Assembly (NCBI RefSeq): GCF_009914755.1
Contig: NC_060928.1
From: the human T2T-CHM13v2.0 reference genome, Homo sapiens
DNA: 64,000 bases
Direction: 5' to 3' (one strand)
Part shown: positions 59,463 to 64,000 of the stretch, piece by piece
Layout: each line of letters opens with the position of its first letter
How positions within the stretch are numbered: the first letter of the stretch is position 1
Program-made: the position numbers and the translations under genes
Notes under the pieces: generated by a model
Told to the model about the DNA's origin: nothing
The model's database searches: none
The model's input: the letters and a program-made list of their open reading frames with translations, nothing else

Positions 59463-59630
59463 TGTATAAACATATATATATATATATATATGTGTGTGTG
59501 TATATTTACCGTCATGTGTCTATATACATACACAAACATATATATGCACACATATATGCATATATACACTGCCATATACATATAACTGTATATCTATATA
59601 TGTGTATGTGTACATATATGCATATATATG
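59463..59630. repeat. (TA)/(TG)/(CA)-rich low-complexity tract
   Basis: Directly visible. Confidence 0.9.
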
Positions 59631-62600
59631 TCTTATCCTGTAATTTATTGTGAGTTTCTTGAGAGTCATGACTATTTTCACCATGTTAGTATATGGAGTA
59701 CCTGGCTGTGCCTCATTCACAGTAGGTACACAATGAAAGTTGGTTGTCCATGATGGTGAGTTTTATCTGGTTCTTAGGAAACTTTTTCAAGTAGCTATGT
59801 AAGTCTTCAAGTCACAAGATAAGGGCCTTCATGACTTGCTAACTTTGCTAACTTCCCTGAGACTCCTTTCTACCTCCAAGAGTTTTGTTTTGCTATACTC
59901 CCATCCTATAGTTGCTGTTTGGATGCCACGAGAAAGCAAAAAGTATATAGGAAAAAAAATCTGACCCTATAATGTTGATATCCCACCACTCCCTAACTTG
60001 TAAGAGGGTAGTCAGGTCCGTGACTGCCCAAACATCCAGGTATCTCTGGGGCCTTTAGAAACTCTATCTGGTGAGGTGGTCTGCTGGCAAGGGAACTGGC
60101 ACAGTCCTCTTAGCTGACTTTCTGGGATAGGCCCGTATTGGATTTCACCTAACTAGTACAGACAAGTTAGAAGTAGTTTAAATTTTTTAAGGGCCATTTG
60201 TAATTACCGTACCAGAGCTATTCAGAAAGAATGATGTAACTTTCAGAGCAAGCCTGTCTGAAGTCATCGTCACCACCTCTGTCACTCCCAGGACCGCCCA
60301 TTTTTTCTCTTATCTCCTTGCAGTCTGCAGCTGGTGGTCTTTCTGAGCACATACTCTTGGCCCTGCCTGGGCAGAGCTGCCCTGATGGCATTTTCAGCTC
60401 AGACTCATTTTTCTTCTGCCAGACCTAGCCTCCTCCCAGGCTAAAATCCAATGACGAAAAATGCTTTGAATTAAGTGGGAAACAAGCTCTCTACTGCTCA
60501 GAAAGGAACAGCAAGACCAGACGTGTCCTGAAACCAGACGAACTTTAGTATGAAGGAAAAGTGAAATTTTAGCACTCACACCTCTTTTAGAAAATATGCC
60601 TAAGAAGACATTTCTATTCTGAATAACAGTGGGGTGCAAATGGATCATTAGGGAAATTTGATAGCCATGAGAAAGCATTTCCACTGCCCCTCTGACTCCT
60701 GACATTCTGGTCTCCCTCTCAGACTCCAGGAAGTGGTCTGACTCCAGCCAATTGCTGCTTATCCATGAGGTTGGGGAACATGGCTAATGAAGGTCCTTTG
60801 TGAATTCTTATGCCTCATTTTGTCATTAATTTCACCCTTCATCCCCACCACACCTGTGGAGCTGCTAAATGGCTGGATTGGAGTTTCACTTTCCAGCCCA
60901 CCCTCCATTGAAGTGCTAACTGAGCTGGGAATAGAGGTCTCAGCTCATGTCCAAGGACCACAGTAAATTAACAAACAGAAACCCTGAAAGATTGTTGAGA
61001 GTAAAAAGATTCCCAACTCCCTGGAAAAGCCTATGGTAACTGAAAGGAGATGGAGCTGTGCCTGCCAAAAGTGGATCACCTTATGTGAAGATTTGAGTTC
61101 AGGTATTTAATCTAGGCTTGATGTATCCTAGGAGTCCACACCAGTTGGCTCATCAGCAGAAGTACCCTTTCTCTGCTTCCAAATTATAGTTAAATTCATC
61201 CTTTGGGTATAACTAATGCTGACAGAAGAAGAGGAGAAGAGGTATTTATTTATATAAATCAGAGTCAGGGAGAAAACCTGAGCAGAAGAAAGATTCTGAG
61301 TTGAGACCCATGGGGAAATGGCATCCCATAATGTATCATCGGGTTTGTTGTTTGCCAGGTTTGGTGTTGAACAGACTCTGCCTCTAGAGCTCTCTGTCCA
61401 CTTTTGACATCAGTGCATGAAATGCTCAAAAACAAATCAACAAATCCCTTGCATGTGTGTTAGATTTTCAGCATCCTCAGCTAGTACCACAGTTGGAGGT
61501 CTTCAGATGTTATCAGTCCTACACCCTCTCTCCCAACCCTCTTAATAATAGATAATTTTCATAAGCAAAAATGAACACAGCACTAGTGTTTAGAAAGACA
61601 CTTGCTTTTCTCACAGCTGCCACTTCCTAAGTAGAAGAGCTAACTTTGTGGGGGACCAAATGATGTCATATTAGTCACGGCATCATTTTTCAAGGGCCAA
61701 CAAAACCCTCCCTCCACCTGCAAAAATAAAATCGATATAGTTCTCTACACATTTTTATATTGTGTGTTAGGAAAAAGAATTCACCACCCAAACTCTTGAC
61801 TGGATATCACTTTATCCAGTGGTTGAAAAATGATGCTATGACTCAAGGACTCTTATTCTCCCTCCCATAAGAGACTGCGATTTAAAGAGAAAGGAGATAT
61901 ATAAAGACATGCTCTTCCCAGGCACCGTCCCCAAAGAGCAATGCCACTTTTAAGTGAAACGCTGCAGATAATAATACTTAAAATTCCTTCCAATCTTGCT
62001 CACAATTTTAAAAGCTTCAAAATCATTCCCTCAAAATATGAAACAGCTCCAAAATGTTTATGTCATCCATCTTTTCCATGTTATATAACTATATGAGGAC
62101 AGGAATGATGTATTTTCCTTGTTTTACGTACTGCCTTTTATGTCAGCTATGAACTGATAATCATTTTAAAAGCATTGACAACAATCCTGCAGTTTATTTT
62201 GTTGATGTAAAGTATTCCTTATAGTTACAATGAATGTATCAATTATTAAAATATGGAAAGGGGGAAGATTTTCTCAGGATCCATACTCTTTTTCCAGTTG
62301 TAATTTAAGCAGGGACCAGGCTAATTCCAAGGGCAGGTAATATCATAATTACCTGCAGACTGGTTATCTCACTCTGGAAAATTAGCTAGATGTGGTAAGC
62401 TTAGTTTTGACAATCCTAAGAAAAATATTGGAATAGAATCTCAAAGTCTTGATAAATGGAAGCTTTTCATTGTTTATATGCAGACAAGGGTGGGTAAAGA
62501 ACTTTGAAATTCCAAACCACTGGTACAAAAACTGGGTTAGAAGGAATAGTCTAGGCATATTTTAGGCAGCTTGTGGTCGCTCTGGTTAAAAGCTCACAAC

Positions 62601-64000
62601 CAAACCACCACGATTTTACCAAGTTCACAACAGATTTTCAAAGATGATTTCTTTTGAAAATGCACAAAAGCCTTCTACATAGACATTTTAATTCATTGAT
62701 TCAATTAAGAGCAAATTAAAACATGTAGTTCCACGGCAAACCAAATCCATATTTAAACCAGTTCATAGGTCTTTTCATGGAATAATTTTGGGAAAATAAA
62801 TTAGTGTTTGTTTGTTTTTTCTGTATGCATATTGTTTATTCATTTATTTGAGTTTGCTCCTAAATGACTCTATCTGTCCTCAAATGCAATTCCTCTTTCA
62901 TTGCACGTGCCACCATGTTCCTCACTGGACAAAGGTCTTAGAAGATCCCAATTTTTCCTTTACAGTTTTAGCTGTGAGTACAGAACAATTCAAGAGGCAT
63001 TAAAAGGTATAAAAGAATAACTTTATTTGCAGAGGAAAATAACAGATAGATCCCAATTATGTCCTCAAGCATAGCCAAATTGATTTTCTATTTGGAAGCA
63101 GTACTAGCAAAAATCTTATCAAATGGCTATGTGATTTCACAGGAGAAAGCAACGATTTTACTAAAATTATTCACATGTCCTCCAGGTTGTGAGAGGAGTT
63201 ACAAAAGATGCAAATTTGTTAAATGAAGATATGAAGCAATTCTCTCAGAGTATGATAGATGTTAATGTATCAGTAAGTACAGTCATTAGGATCTCTCCTG
63301 TCCACATATAAGACACCCCCTGTTTCAGCAGAGTCTTTGTGCAAAGTATGTAAAGTAAAGCTGCCTCCTTGCCCACCAAGGCTCTTATGTAGGCCTGACT
63401 TTTATAGTCTCCCACATGCCTAATCTTTTCTAAATTCCTTTTGACCATTAAAACTCACCTGCCCTAAGTCTTCCTCTCTGAGGGTCTGATAGAGAATTAA
63501 GGCTTTATCCCTCATGCTGTAGCACTTATATCTCTTGGAAATTCTGCAGATTTTGTCAGAAAACACTAGAGCTCAGTAAGAGTGTGCGTCTTTGAGCCTT
63601 TCCTTTCTCTAAACTTTCAAGGATGGAGACTCTTCATCACAAACATAACCCTATTTATAGATTCAGTGTGGTTATAATAAAGTATCAAAGGCGTGGGAAC
63701 TATTTATTGTACTTCTAAAGTGACTTTCCAAACCCATCCCTGATCCACTTGCAGAAGACTTCGTCATGTAACTTTCAGAAGGAAATCTATTTCTTTTACT
63801 TAGAAAAAGGCTTCACTATGACCTTGCTTTCCAACACCAATCCTCCAAGAACTAACAATTAGGAGTCTGTTAGGAATAAAGTTTAAGTATGGGTTATGGC
63901 AAAGAAACTATTTAAGGTTAATATGAATTTGCCACTAATGAGGAGATTAAAATATCAACTGTAGTTTGAACTCGATAACCTTTAAGATCCTTTACAAATG

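Noticed and set aside
59340-62356. Short hairpins with 8-9 bp stems (59340-59367, about 61799-61820, 62333-62356)
   Set aside because: Number and length are at chance level for AT-rich DNA

Overview
AT-rich, CpG-depleted primate genomic DNA, most likely human or another great ape (AluJ/S/Y plus a young L1PA3-like fragment). It looks intronic or intergenic. I find no credible cellular protein-coding exon, RNA gene or CpG island. The recognisable ORF-track hits are decayed L1 ORF1/ORF2 or Alu translations; the rest look like chance ORFs. Roughly half the window is interspersed repeat: nested L1s, Alus, a solo MER21 LTR, MLT1 LTRs, hAT MITEs, L2 and MIR. Subfamily names come from recalled consensus motifs, so they and the boundaries of old repeats are approximate. 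The notable signal is a set of locally templated rearrangement scars: a multi-template patchwork inside the L1PA, two single templated insertions and a 58-bp perfect palindrome. Other observations are two neighbouring AluYd-type copies sharing CpG decays, an orphan poly(A) retro-insert that duplicates a candidate splice donor, and an isolated CpG cluster containing a NotI site. I do not see evidence for a new gene-encoded system.
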